Of a stretch of 64,000 bases of DNA, positions 1-8,803 are shown piece by piece. The notes under the pieces are model-generated. The model ran no database searches. It was given only the letters and a program-made list of their open reading frames with translations, and was not told the origin of the DNA. Positions within the stretch are counted from its first letter, which is position 1. Every line of letters starts with the position of its first letter. Location: assembly GCA_949741915.1 (NCBI GenBank), contig CATJOM010000054.1:50100-114099 (forward strand). Reading direction: 5' to 3'. The position numbers and the translations under genes are program-made. The DNA comes from an uncultured Candidatus Melainabacteria bacterium (lineage in GTDB: Bacteria; Cyanobacteriota; Vampirovibrionia; Gastranaerophilales; Gastranaerophilaceae).

Positions 1-14
1 TTCTTCATTTCTTC

Positions 15-935
15 TTAATTAGGCATATATTGTTTAAAAACGCTATTGTTAAATGCATTTGCCAGTTTTGAATAATTTTCTGCATTTTCATAATATAAAA
101 GAGTATCTTCCATTGTTTTTAATTGTTTTTTATATGCTGCTGTGCCGCCAAATCTTATTGTTTCATCATCAGGCGTATCATCGGGCGCAATGAATATATG
201 TTCACTGGCTGCAGTTCCAACCGCAAAAACACTGCCAACTTCAAGTTTGTCATAAATTTTGTCTATAATTTCATTCACTGTTTTTTGCTTCTTATCAACC
301 GTGCCACCCCCCATAAAGGACGATAGTTCTTTTATATCCTCTTCATCAAAAAAATCTTTATCGAGTTGCTCCAACATAGCGCCGTGAGCATCCCCCACAA
401 ATATATTTTCATCGTCATGATTGTCCATTAAATGATAAAATGCATTTCTGAACATTATTGCCCCAGTCTTTTTATCAGGGCATTCTTCATTTATTTTATA
501 AATATCGCTCGTTTTAAATTTAAGGTTTTCTGTGACCTCGTCCTTTGGTTTAAAATAAATCTGTTTTTTAAACTCAGGTTCTGCTATTGCAATTTTTGTA
601 TAGAAATTTGACGATATGTTTAAAGGTTTATCCGGCTCATTAGCTGGTTCCATAATTTTAGAAAAAGCATCTGCATTGCGCTGCTCTTCATCGTTTCTAT
701 TGGCATTTGGCATTAAATATGAATCAAGATGATTTCCAAACAAGCTGTAAACCTCTTGGTTTGCAAGTCTTATGGCATCTTTGTTTACATCAATGCCGGT
801 TATGTTGAATTTATTCCTATCGTTACCTAAAAGAGCATATAATGATATTGCCTCCTCGCTGTCAGAGCAGGCATGGTCTAATATTTGAGCCCCCCTAATG
901 AAAATTTGTTTTGAGAATTTCGCCCGTTTTTTCAA
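15..935 (-). CDS. CheR-type SAM-dependent methyltransferase-like protein (5' end apparently disrupted by a frameshift, see 895..996)
   Basis: 306-aa ORF. 'ILDHACSDSEEAISLYALL' resembles the CheR SAM loop 'IWSAGCSTGEEPYSLAMLL'. 'ITGIDVNKDAIRLANQEVY' and 'IMFRNAFYHL' (cf. 'IFCRNVLIYF') follow in the expected order. The TTG start at 935 has no convincing RBS. The expected upstream FFR motif lies in another frame. Confidence 0.5.
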   Translation of the reverse strand: MKKRAKFSKQIFIRGAQILDHACSDSEEAISLYALLGNDRNKFNITGIDVNKDAIRLANQEVYSLFGNHLDSYLMPNANRNDEEQRNADAFSKIMEPANEPDKPLNISSNFYTKIAIAEPEFKKQIYFKPKDEVTENLKFKTSDIYKINEECPDKKTGAIMFRNAFYHLMDNHDDENIFVGDAHGAMLEQLDKDFFDEEDIKELSSFMGGGTVDKKQKTVNEIIDKIYDKLEVGSVFAVGTAASEHIFIAPDDTPDDETIRFGGTAAYKKQLKTMEDTLLYYENAENYSKLANAFNNSVFKQYMPN

Positions 936-996
936 GAGCTTTATAGTTCCTAAAAAATGCGCTGTCTATAGGTGCATCATTATCGCCAAACCGCAT
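895..996 (-). pseudogene. Out-of-frame 5' fragment of the CheR-like gene carrying the 'FFR' motif
   Basis: A minus-strand ATG at 996 opens MRFGDNDAPIDSAFFRNYKALEKTGEILKTNFH*, with its stop at 895..897. 'SAFFRNYKALE' resembles the CheR-family 'TxFFRdxxxFxxL' motif that normally precedes the SAM loop. Removing one base of the T6 run at 927..932 joins it in frame to the 15..935 ORF (...ALEKRAKFSKQIFIRGAQILDHACS...). Confidence 0.4.
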
Positions 997-1288
997 TAAA
1001 CCGCCAAATGATACATATGGTATGCTTGATAAACCGTATGAGTGGACTGGCAGCAAAGAAGCAGATTTTTGACAATTATTTTGTACAATATCCTGTTTTG
1101 TGCATTTTGATTATTTTAAACAGATTTTTTTGTGTGACAATACTGACATTTTTGAGATATATATTTTGTAAACCTTTCTTAGGATTATGCCAATATAAAA
1201 CATGTGCAGTTTAAAACCTACTATTTTGCTAGAAATTGTTGCTTTATTATTAATTAACAAAATAGATGCTAAAAAATACCAGTTTTTC

Positions 1289-1317
1289 TTGCAAAATTGC
1301 CGCAAACTTGATAATAT
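1289..1317 (+). promoter_or_regulatory. Candidate sigma70-type promoter (TTGCAA, 17-bp spacer, TAATAT)
   Basis: -35 TTGCAA at 1289..1294, exact 17-nt spacer, -10 TAATAT at 1312..1317. No protein-coding ORF follows on the + strand. Confidence 0.3.
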
Positions 1318-1323
1318 ATTGGA

Positions 1324-1451
1324 TAACAGTCTGGTTATTAGTTTTGTGCACGTTTTGTTAAAATGTGCACCAGCATAAAATATATTTAGTTTAATTCAGC
1401 ATGCAAGAATTTTCTGTGGTTTTTTAACTTCACAAAATTCTTGCTTTTTTT
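1324..1451 (+). ncRNA. Candidate small non-coding RNA (about 125 nt), family not recognised
   Basis: It lies between the candidate promoter and an intrinsic terminator. One hairpin is at 1346..1370: an 11-bp stem GUGCACGUUUU/AAAAUGUGCAC with one G-U pair and a 3-nt loop. A short hairpin ATAAC/GTTAT is near 1323..1338. The terminator hairpin is at 1403..1444, followed by T7. There are only trivial ORFs inside. The 5' end is a guess. Confidence 0.25.
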
Positions 1452-1458
1452 GTATCGA

Positions 1459-1488
1459 CAGCCCCGCACAGCCCCGCACAGCCCCGCA
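1459..1488. repeat. Perfect tandem repeat (CAGCCCCGCA) x3
   Basis: Three identical head-to-tail 10-bp units at 1459..1468, 1469..1478 and 1479..1488. They are strikingly GC-rich in an AT-rich intergenic region. Confidence 0.95.
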
Positions 1489-1539
1489 AGAGTTTAACAA
1501 TGTGCCAGCTCACCTAAGGCTTCCAAGCTTGGCTATAAT

Positions 1540-1574
1540 AAAACTGCCACAAATAAAATATTAATGGCAGTTTT
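1540..1574 (-). terminator. Intrinsic terminator downstream of rplI (A/T-flanked, potentially bidirectional)
   Basis: Stem AAAACTGCCA (1540..1549) pairs with TGGCAGTTTT (1565..1574) around a 15-nt loop. It lies about 30 bp beyond the rplI stop. Confidence 0.5.
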
Positions 1575-1605
1575 ATTAATTTTTAAAATTTATGTAAGGC
1601 TAATA

Positions 1606-2097
1606 CTATTCAGCAGCCTCTTCTTCAACAACGGTTTCTTTTATTGTTTCAGATGCACTTACTGCAACTCTTATCTGTGCTTTTACTTTGTGTGACAATT
1701 TAACAGTCATAGTAAAATCACCAACTCTGCTAATTGGATTATCAAGAGTGATAGTCTTCCTATCTACTTCAATACCTGTTTTTGCAAGTAATTCTTCAGC
1801 AAGTTTTTTTGTTGTAATTGTGCCGAATAATTTGCCTGATTCGCCGGCTTTTGCAGATAGTTCAATAACTTCAGCCGCTTCAATCTTCTCTGCTTTTTCA
1901 AGTGCTTCCTGGTGAAGTTTTTCAGCCTTGGCTTTAATCCTTGCCATATCTCTTTCTCTTGCTTCAAGAGAGCCCTTTGTAGCTTTTTCTGCCAGATTAT
2001 TAGGGATTAAATAGTTTCTTGCATAACCATCTTTAACATTAACTATATCGCCCACTTCGCCAATATTTTGAACATCTTTCTTAAGTATAAGCTGCAT
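1606..2097 (-). CDS. rplI: 50S ribosomal protein L9
   Basis: The N-terminus 'MQLILKKDVQNIGEVGDIVNVKDGYARNYLIPNNLA' is the canonical L9 signature. An AAGGAG RBS lies upstream. Confidence 0.95.
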   Translation of the reverse strand: MQLILKKDVQNIGEVGDIVNVKDGYARNYLIPNNLAEKATKGSLEARERDMARIKAKAEKLHQEALEKAEKIEAAEVIELSAKAGESGKLFGTITTKKLAEELLAKTGIEVDRKTITLDNPISRVGDFTMTVKLSHKVKAQIRVAVSASETIKETVVEEEAAE

Positions 2098-2188
2098 TCT
2101 TTTCTCCTTATAGTTTTTAATTAAGTAAAGCTATCTTAAATAAAACATCAGCTTTTTTCAAGCCCCTTTTTAAAAGTCTTTACCTTTA

Positions 2189-2779
2189 TCATTTTTTCTT
2201 TTTCTTTGAAGCACCAGCTGGCACAGTTGTTTTTGCATCTTTGTTTGTTTCATTGCCTTCTGCTGTCTTACTTTTGGGCTCATCGTCAAGTTCATTTGGA
2301 ATCTCTTCAATTATTTCTTCTTGTTTATTTTCAATATTTTTTTGCGCTAATTCTATAAGTTCTGTGTCGATTTCCACATCAGCAAGGGCTATAGCCTTTT
2401 CCTTAATAAGATTTTCTAATTCTTTTACAATCTCTTCGGCCTTCTTTTGATTCTTTAAATCCTGTTCCTTTATTGCTGCATCAATCTCATCATCTGTTTT
2501 TGGCCTGACAACAGGAATAGTTAAGGCGAGAAGTGTTTTATTTTCAAGAGCATCAATTTGCAATTGAAAATTCTCATCGTCGATTTCCATATACTTTGAT
2601 ACAACAGAAACAAGCTCCTCTCTCATCATCTGAATAGCTCTTTCTGAAAAACCGGCTCTATCTTGAAGCAGCACGGTTTTTAACCTATTTATTGCAACAC
2701 CTTTGGTTGGGTCGACTTCTTCCTGCGAAATAAAAAAGCTCAGAACCTTATTGTATAAATCATGAAAAATATCTTTCAT
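2189..2779 (-). CDS. minE: Cell division topological specificity factor MinE with about 100-aa charged C-terminal extension
   Basis: 'AINRLKTVLLQDRAGFSERAIQMMREELVSVVSKYMEIDDENFQLQID' matches the MinE core. It sits 1 nt downstream of the minD stop. Residues from about 95 to 196 are an E/K-rich tail ending in KKKKK. Confidence 0.8.
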   Translation of the reverse strand: MKDIFHDLYNKVLSFFISQEEVDPTKGVAINRLKTVLLQDRAGFSERAIQMMREELVSVVSKYMEIDDENFQLQIDALENKTLLALTIPVVRPKTDDEIDAAIKEQDLKNQKKAEEIVKELENLIKEKAIALADVEIDTELIELAQKNIENKQEEIIEEIPNELDDEPKSKTAEGNETNKDAKTTVPAGASKKKKK

Positions 2780-2780
2780 C

Positions 2781-3590
2781 TTAGGCCTTCACTTTCTTTG
2801 AAAAGAATTTTTTAATCTTTTCAACGAGGTTTTTTGGCTTGTCAATGTCAAGGAACGGCACATCCTCTCCCTGTATCCTTTTTGCAACATTATTATATGC
2901 TTGCCCTGCAAGGGAATTCTCATCATTTACAATAGGCTCACCCTTATTTGTAGAGGTTATGACGCCGGTATCCTCGGGAATGACGCCGATTAATTCAGCA
3001 GATAAAATTTCTACAACATCCTCAACACTCATCATATCATTTGTCTTAATAAGGTTTGGCCTTACCCTGTTTACAAGCAATCTGTATTTTTTAACCTCTT
3101 CTTTTGCTTCTAAAAGTCCTATAATCCTGTCAGCATCACGTATTGCGGACATTTCAGGCGTAGTCACAACAATAGCCTCATTTGCCCCTGCAACTGCATT
3201 TTGAAAACCTTGCTCGATACCCGCAGGACAATCGATTAAAATATAATCAAACTCTTCTTTTAGTGTTTCGCAAATTTCTTTTAACTGTTCGGAATTTACA
3301 GCAGACTTGTCTCTTGTCTGTGCGGCTGCAAGAAGGCAAAGGTTTGGATTCTTTTTATCCTTAACAAGTGCCTGTTTTAGTTTGCACCTTTCTTCAACAA
3401 CATCCACAATTGTATAAACTATTCGGTTTTCTAAGCCCAATAATAAATCCAAATTTCTAAGGCCGATATCAGTATCAATTAAAACCACCTTATTTCCGCC
3501 TTTTGCAAGCGCCGTTCCTATATTTGCAGACGTGGTTGTTTTGCCCACACCGCCCTTTCCTGATGTAATTACAATAACAGAACCTGTCAT
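2781..3590 (-). CDS. minD: Septum site-determining ATPase MinD
   Basis: Deviant Walker A 'ITSGKGGVGKTTTSANIG', then 'LIDTDIGLRNLDLLLGLE', and a C-terminal amphipathic helix 'LVEKIKKFFSKK'. Start moved to the ATG at 3590 (MTGSVIV...), which has an AGGAG RBS 11 nt upstream. Confidence 0.92.
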   Translation of the reverse strand: MTGSVIVITSGKGGVGKTTTSANIGTALAKGGNKVVLIDTDIGLRNLDLLLGLENRIVYTIVDVVEERCKLKQALVKDKKNPNLCLLAAAQTRDKSAVNSEQLKEICETLKEEFDYILIDCPAGIEQGFQNAVAGANEAIVVTTPEMSAIRDADRIIGLLEAKEEVKKYRLLVNRVRPNLIKTNDMMSVEDVVEILSAELIGVIPEDTGVITSTNKGEPIVNDENSLAGQAYNNVAKRIQGEDVPFLDIDKPKNLVEKIKKFFSKKVKA

Positions 3591-3603
3591 ATTATCTTCA
3601 CTC

Positions 3604-4737
3604 CTATTGATTAGCCATTTTAAACAACACAATATTATCGTCTACAATCCTTGCCTCCTCAGGCGTAAAAATTGCAGATTTTACTATATACGGAATATTC
3701 CCGCCGTCAGGGCGTCTTGAATAGCAATTCGCAATTCTTAACTGAACGGCATTCATTTTTAATGCTCTTATCCTTGCCTCTCTGTTTCCTTTTGAGCCGG
3801 CATGGGCAATAGAGCCCAATACACCCCATACCGTTATATCGCCTGCAGCTTTAATTTCAGATCCCGGATGGCAGTCACCTATTATTACTATGTTTCCGTC
3901 AAATTCCAGAGTTTGCCCGCTTCTTAAAGTTTGATTTACATAAATTGTCTGCTTATTGTCAATCACCACAGGTTCGTTTGTTGGTGGTGCATAAAAATCT
4001 ACTTCTTCGAAGTCCTCTTCGTTTTGAAGATTAGCTTCGCTTGCCTTCTTGTAAACGGTTATGGTCTGTCTTTCCAGCCCGTCAAAAATTTCTTTATTTA
4101 TATTCTGGCGAGAAACTTCATTATTTGTTTGGTTTGCAGTTTGTCTTAAGATAGGTGTTTGTTCTGGCGCAGGGTTTGAATCTACAACAGCTTCTTTTGG
4201 AAGTTCTTTTTTTAGCTCTTCAAATTGATTTAGATTCCCTGCCATTTGAATAGGCTTATTTTGTCTTGCGGTTTCATTCAAATTATTTGTATTTTTTACA
4301 GTGTGTTCGCTATTTTGTGTATTCATATTATGCGAATTTTGTTCATTTGCAATATTTTGCGCAGGCTGTGCCAAGGCTATTTTTGAATTCTCTACAGAAG
4401 AGCTGTCAACATCAAGCATCGGGCTTTTTTCATCAACCTCTGGCTGTTGCACTTTTTGGGCTTTTGCCTGACGCACCTTTATCCCCATGCTTTCACATGC
4501 ATTTTGCGTTATAAGAGATGAAGTTTCAACATTAACAAGTTCAGAATTATAACTTTCAATCAAAGATTTTATGCTTAAAAGCTGTGATTGATTTAAAACA
4601 TTGTCTCTTAATTTTAATGAAATTCCTCTGCCTGAAGCATTTGGTATTTCAAGCGCAAGGGAAACATTGTTTATAATTTCACCTGTATTATCACACCCGC
4701 TTAAATCTATAACAAAAAGTCCAACATTTTCTTCCAT
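3604..4737 (-). CDS. minC: Septum site-determining protein MinC with long Q/N/S-rich linker
   Basis: The C-terminal beta-helix domain 'LRSGQTLEFDGNIVIIGDCHPGSEIKAAGDITVWGVLGSIAHAG...IRALKMNAVQLRIA' is MinC-like. The gene is directly upstream of minD. ATG at 4737 preferred (GAGGT RBS 7 nt upstream) over the TTG at 4749. Confidence 0.8.
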   Translation of the reverse strand: MEENVGLFVIDLSGCDNTGEIINNVSLALEIPNASGRGISLKLRDNVLNQSQLLSIKSLIESYNSELVNVETSSLITQNACESMGIKVRQAKAQKVQQPEVDEKSPMLDVDSSSVENSKIALAQPAQNIANEQNSHNMNTQNSEHTVKNTNNLNETARQNKPIQMAGNLNQFEELKKELPKEAVVDSNPAPEQTPILRQTANQTNNEVSRQNINKEIFDGLERQTITVYKKASEANLQNEEDFEEVDFYAPPTNEPVVIDNKQTIYVNQTLRSGQTLEFDGNIVIIGDCHPGSEIKAAGDITVWGVLGSIAHAGSKGNREARIRALKMNAVQLRIANCYSRRPDGGNIPYIVKSAIFTPEEARIVDDNIVLFKMANQ

Positions 4738-4883
4738 AACATACCTCAACTTTAACTTGTTATCTACCTTATCCTAAAATTGAGATAAAAACAATTAAAT
4801 ATAAAGAAAAATTGCGCAGAATTTTTCTCAAACACTTTAAAGCAATTATATTTATATTAACTCAATGTGGTATAACATTCCTA

Positions 4884-6584
4884 TTAATCTATAATTCTAA
4901 TGTCGCATTTAGCATAAAGATTATCTTTATTTTCCTGCATATGCTTTATAAACAAACTTCTTGCATTTAGATTCAAAGGAACGGCCTCACTATAAAGTTT
5001 TTTATTTAATAATAGATTTTTGGATTTTATAAAATGTTTTTCAACATTTGAGATGATATATGTTTTTTCTAAATCTAAGGGGTTTCCGTCCTTTGCAAAG
5101 GTCACATATTGCGCGAGTTCATTGGCACTTTTGCCTGCATGATATCCTTCAAGGAGCGATTTTTTATCAATAATTATTCCTGAATACTGCATTAGCGCGT
5201 TTCTTTCGGGCATCTTCTCGTTAAAGAGTAAATTATCCATAATCACATCCAGAAATGTGGCTCCTGAAACTTTATTTTTAAATATGCCTGCATCTTTTTC
5301 CACTATTCCGCTTAAAACTTCAAGCAGAGTTAAATTATTCACCCCATCTCCTGATTCTGTGGATAAGGAACGCCTTATGGCTGTGGCATTTATGGCAAAT
5401 GTGTCGACTTCAGGGTTTGTTTTTTGAATTTCTTCCAGTATTGAATCTGTTATAAAATTTGCAAGATAGTTGTTTTGAGTTCTCGCCCCTTTAATATCCA
5501 GTTTTGTTAAGTCTGGAATATCTGTCGCTATTTTATATTCCTTTGCTATATCTTTTTTAAATTCCTGTTCAAAAAGCTTGGCAAAATATCCTTTGTTAGC
5601 TTTGTCCCTTGAATCTTTGCATTCAAATGGATGATATTCTGTAATCTTTATATCATCTTCCAGGCTGCCATCATCATTAATGTGAAATTTTACGTTGGTA
5701 AATTTTTCAAAATTTTGGCATAGGTCAACTATTTTCACCCCATTTATATCTTTTATTTCGTCCTTGTGTTCATGGGCATTAAATATAATGTTTATTTTAT
5801 TGCCCCCGGCTTTTTTTGCAAGGTTTTCAGCAAAATTACATCCTGTGTGAAGCGCCGCAACAACAATTCCTTTTGGATTTTCCTTCTTAAAATTTTCTAT
5901 TAGTTCAACTGTTTTGTTAAAAGTGTCTTCGTAATCTTCTTCTTTGATTTTTGCCTGACATTTAAAAGGCTTGTCAATAAAGTTTATGCCCTCTAAATCT
6001 TTTTGATAATACGGCATATTTATAGGATTTATGCCTAAAAACAGCACTTTATGGGTTTTATTTGGGTCTTTATCATCTTCAATTTCAAGAATGTCTTGTC
6101 TGATTATCTTATTGGAATCTGTTTCATCCTTAAGGGCGGGTGAATTTGTAAAATCGAGGTTTGTCATTAGAACTTTTGCATTTATTCCCTTTAAAACCCT
6201 TTTAAATTCGCCGCATCCAGCATCTGTTTCATGGTTTCCGGGAACAAAATATGTTGTTAAATCTTTTGCTCCTTGTTTCATAAGGTTAACAAACTCATTA
6301 AAAAATTTAATCTGGAAATAATGAGAATTTGCATCTTTTTTTGATTTATATCCTTTTGTGGCGCCCGACATAAACCAGTCGCCAACTATTAAAAGAACAT
6401 TTCGGTTGCCTTTTTCTTGTTTTAATGTAATTTCGTCCCTGTTTTCATCGATGTTTCGATAAAAAGTATCAAGATTTTCAAGGCCGCCATGGGTGTCCGA
6501 GAATGAGTTTATGTTTAATACGGCACCTGTGAAATTTATATTCTTTTTGCCGCATATGATGTTATTTAAAGAATTTATCAACAC
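4884..6584 (-). CDS. Bifunctional metallophosphatase / 5'-nucleotidase-like protein (UshA family)
   Basis: Calcineurin-like motifs appear in order: 'FSDTHGG', 'VGDWFMSG', 'VPGNHE', 'ALHTG', 'NAHEH'. A C-terminal region follows that resembles the 5'-nucleotidase substrate domain. There is no hydrophobic signal peptide. GTG/TTG start. Confidence 0.65.
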   Translation of the reverse strand: MLINSLNNIICGKKNINFTGAVLNINSFSDTHGGLENLDTFYRNIDENRDEITLKQEKGNRNVLLIVGDWFMSGATKGYKSKKDANSHYFQIKFFNEFVNLMKQGAKDLTTYFVPGNHETDAGCGEFKRVLKGINAKVLMTNLDFTNSPALKDETDSNKIIRQDILEIEDDKDPNKTHKVLFLGINPINMPYYQKDLEGINFIDKPFKCQAKIKEEDYEDTFNKTVELIENFKKENPKGIVVAALHTGCNFAENLAKKAGGNKINIIFNAHEHKDEIKDINGVKIVDLCQNFEKFTNVKFHINDDGSLEDDIKITEYHPFECKDSRDKANKGYFAKLFEQEFKKDIAKEYKIATDIPDLTKLDIKGARTQNNYLANFITDSILEEIQKTNPEVDTFAINATAIRRSLSTESGDGVNNLTLLEVLSGIVEKDAGIFKNKVSGATFLDVIMDNLLFNEKMPERNALMQYSGIIIDKKSLLEGYHAGKSANELAQYVTFAKDGNPLDLEKTYIISNVEKHFIKSKNLLLNKKLYSEAVPLNLNARSLFIKHMQENKDNLYAKCDIRIID

Positions 6585-6652
6585 TGTGTTGATTTAAAAA
6601 CCACTGAATGAAAAAAATTGCTACTAAGTTATTCTTTTGTTAAGATTTTGTT

Positions 6653-7870
6653 ATGAAAAGTATTAAATTTTTAACAGCAGTATTTATATTATTCTCTATT
6701 TTGCCGGTTCAGGCTGGTGATATTCCCAAGGGCAGTATTACAAAATGTATTGAAAAACCTTGTTATAAGGTTCTAAAAACCACATTTGACTATACTCCGA
6801 TAAGGGAGGCAGCAGATTCGGATTCAAAAAGATTCACCCATATAAAAAGCGGAATAAATTTATATTCAAAGAATGAAAAGCCCGGTTTTTATGAGCTTGA
6901 TTTGGGGTTAAATAAACCTTACTGGATTGAAAAAAGGTACGTACATTGCGAGAATGATGCTGCAGATAAAAAGCTTTCTAAGGTTTCAAAAATTAAGTTT
7001 TATGAAAACAAAAATAACTATTTTGTAAAGATAAAGACAAAAACCAACAGTCCATATAAGGTGTATCAAAATAAGGACGGTCTTCAGTTTAAATATTATA
7101 ATGCTGATGCTTCTCGTATCTTTAAAAAGGATGCAAACTATAAAAAAGTAACCGAAGAATTCAACTATTCTTTTGAAAAATCAAAGAATGATTCAGATAT
7201 CTTAACAGTAAGATATCAAAATAATGCGCCTGTATATGCTTATGATGTTAAAAAGAAGAATAATCTGCTTGTTTTTCAGATAAGAAAACCTCTTGTGATT
7301 GATAAAAATAGACCACTTAAAGGCTTAAAGATTGCTCTTGACCCTGGCCATGGCGGAAATGAAAAAGGCTGTGTTTCGGGCGGGTTCTATGAAAAAGATG
7401 TGAATTTTCAAATAACAAAAGAGCTGAATAACATCCTTAAACAAAAAGGCGCAAAAACAATGCTTACACGCAATGATGATATTGATACAGGTCTATATGA
7501 AAGGGTAGATTCTGCTAATAAATTCAAAGCAGATTTCTTGATTAGCATTCATCAAAATTCCCTCCCAAACCCAAAAAATTACCACAAGAGGCACGGTGCA
7601 GGCGTTTATTACTACAATGAAAATGCTAAAAACCTTGCCTATATTGTTCAGAAAAATATTGTTAAATCAACAGGCTTTAAGGATGATGGAGTATTTAACG
7701 CTTCTTTTGCCCTTACAAGATCCACAAGCCCTGTAAGCATTTTAGTCGAGTGTGGGTATTTAATTCATCCATACGAAAGAAAAAAATTAACTGACCCAAA
7801 GTTTCAAAAAATTATGGCAAACTCTATTGCAGCAGGAATTGAAGAATATTTAAAAAGTACAGCAAATTGA
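6653..7870 (+). CDS. N-acetylmuramoyl-L-alanine amidase (Amidase_3) with signal peptide
   Basis: Signal peptide 'MKSIKFLTAVFILFSILPVQA'. Catalytic domain 'IALDPGHGGNEKG...EKDVNFQITKEL...ERVDSANKFKADFLISIHQNS...ILVECGYL'. Confidence 0.85.
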   Translation: MKSIKFLTAVFILFSILPVQAGDIPKGSITKCIEKPCYKVLKTTFDYTPIREAADSDSKRFTHIKSGINLYSKNEKPGFYELDLGLNKPYWIEKRYVHCENDAADKKLSKVSKIKFYENKNNYFVKIKTKTNSPYKVYQNKDGLQFKYYNADASRIFKKDANYKKVTEEFNYSFEKSKNDSDILTVRYQNNAPVYAYDVKKKNNLLVFQIRKPLVIDKNRPLKGLKIALDPGHGGNEKGCVSGGFYEKDVNFQITKELNNILKQKGAKTMLTRNDDIDTGLYERVDSANKFKADFLISIHQNSLPNPKNYHKRHGAGVYYYNENAKNLAYIVQKNIVKSTGFKDDGVFNASFALTRSTSPVSILVECGYLIHPYERKKLTDPKFQKIMANSIAAGIEEYLKSTAN

Positions 7871-8462
7871 CCGAGGGTATAAAATTGCAATAACAAAGTG
7901 TCTATAATATTGATACAATCCCGCTTTGGCATTTTGCGAATTTTTATTATATTCGCCTTCTGAATGCAGCTTTTAATATACTTAACAGTTCTGCACTACC
8001 TTAAAGCTTGCCTGTTTTAATCGTTTTGATGGAAAGAATTAAGGCATCTTGAGAATAGATATTCAAAGAGTCCTGTGCATACAGTCTTTTTGCAGCAGCA
8101 TATTCCATTTTTGAAATATATTAATCATCCTCCAGCAAGGGAAGGCGCACCAGTCTTGAAATTTCCAGTTTTAAATTATCGGCTTTGTTAATTATTATCC
8201 TTAGGGCAGAATTGATGCATTCAATCTCTTGCAGGTTCCTATTTTCCTTGCAATACATTGATAATATAAATAATATATTTAAAAGGTCGGTTGATAATTT
8301 GTCAATTTTTACAAGTTTTCATTCATAAATGTCCTCTTTCAAGCTAATGTTAATAAATTCAGTCCTTGCCAGATGTTTTTTATTAGGATTCAGATGTTCT
8401 ATTATTCTATTTTAGAGCAATATGCTCCATTCAAAAAACAATATTATAATTAAAATTAAACT

Positions 8463-8684
8463 ATGGCAAGTTATTCAGATGATATGTTTCTTACGCTCGC
8501 AAAAAATTTAAAAAAATATAGAAAACAGGCAGGTTACACACAGGTGAAACTGAGCTTGAAGCTTGGAAAAGGCTCAGATTATATAGCTCAGATTGAACGC
8601 GGGTTTAGAACCCCAACACTTAAAAGTTTGTGTGAAATTACCCAAACATTAAATGTTGATATGTACAAATTTTTTATAAGCTAA
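8463..8684 (+). CDS. XRE-family helix-turn-helix transcriptional regulator
   Basis: 'LKKYRKQAGYTQVKLSLKLGKGSDYIAQIERGFRTPTLKSLCEITQTLNV' is a typical HTH_3/Cro-C1 pattern. 73 aa. Confidence 0.8.
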   Translation: MASYSDDMFLTLAKNLKKYRKQAGYTQVKLSLKLGKGSDYIAQIERGFRTPTLKSLCEITQTLNVDMYKFFIS

Positions 8685-8803
8685 TAAAGAATCTGTATTT
8701 TTGCAATATAAAATTTAGAATTTGTGTTAAGTAGAAATCAATTAACATATACTCTCAAATAGCTTCTAAATAAGCTAGTGCAGCATAACCATTCTTAACC
8801 TAT

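Noticed and set aside
972-1305. Track ORFs 972..1214 (+) and 1111..1305 (-)
   Set aside because: They lie in the intergenic or 5' region of the CheR-like gene. They have no RBS, odd Cys/Phe-rich composition, and overlap each other. The frameshifted CheR fragment and a promoter region explain this stretch better.
1459-1488. Possible CRISPR array
   Set aside because: The units are 10 bp and directly abutting, with no spacers and only three copies. There are no cas genes in the window.
8001-8258. Two short minus-strand ORFs divergent from the XRE gene: 45 aa (8121..8258, MYCKENRNLQEIECINSALRIIINKADNLKLEISRLVRLPLLEDD) and 35 aa (8001..8108)
   Set aside because: They would mirror the XRE/small-ORF layout at 59.2 to 59.7 kb. 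Neither has a Shine-Dalgarno sequence or a recognisable motif, and both are within chance length for this composition. Worth a glance only if expression data exist.
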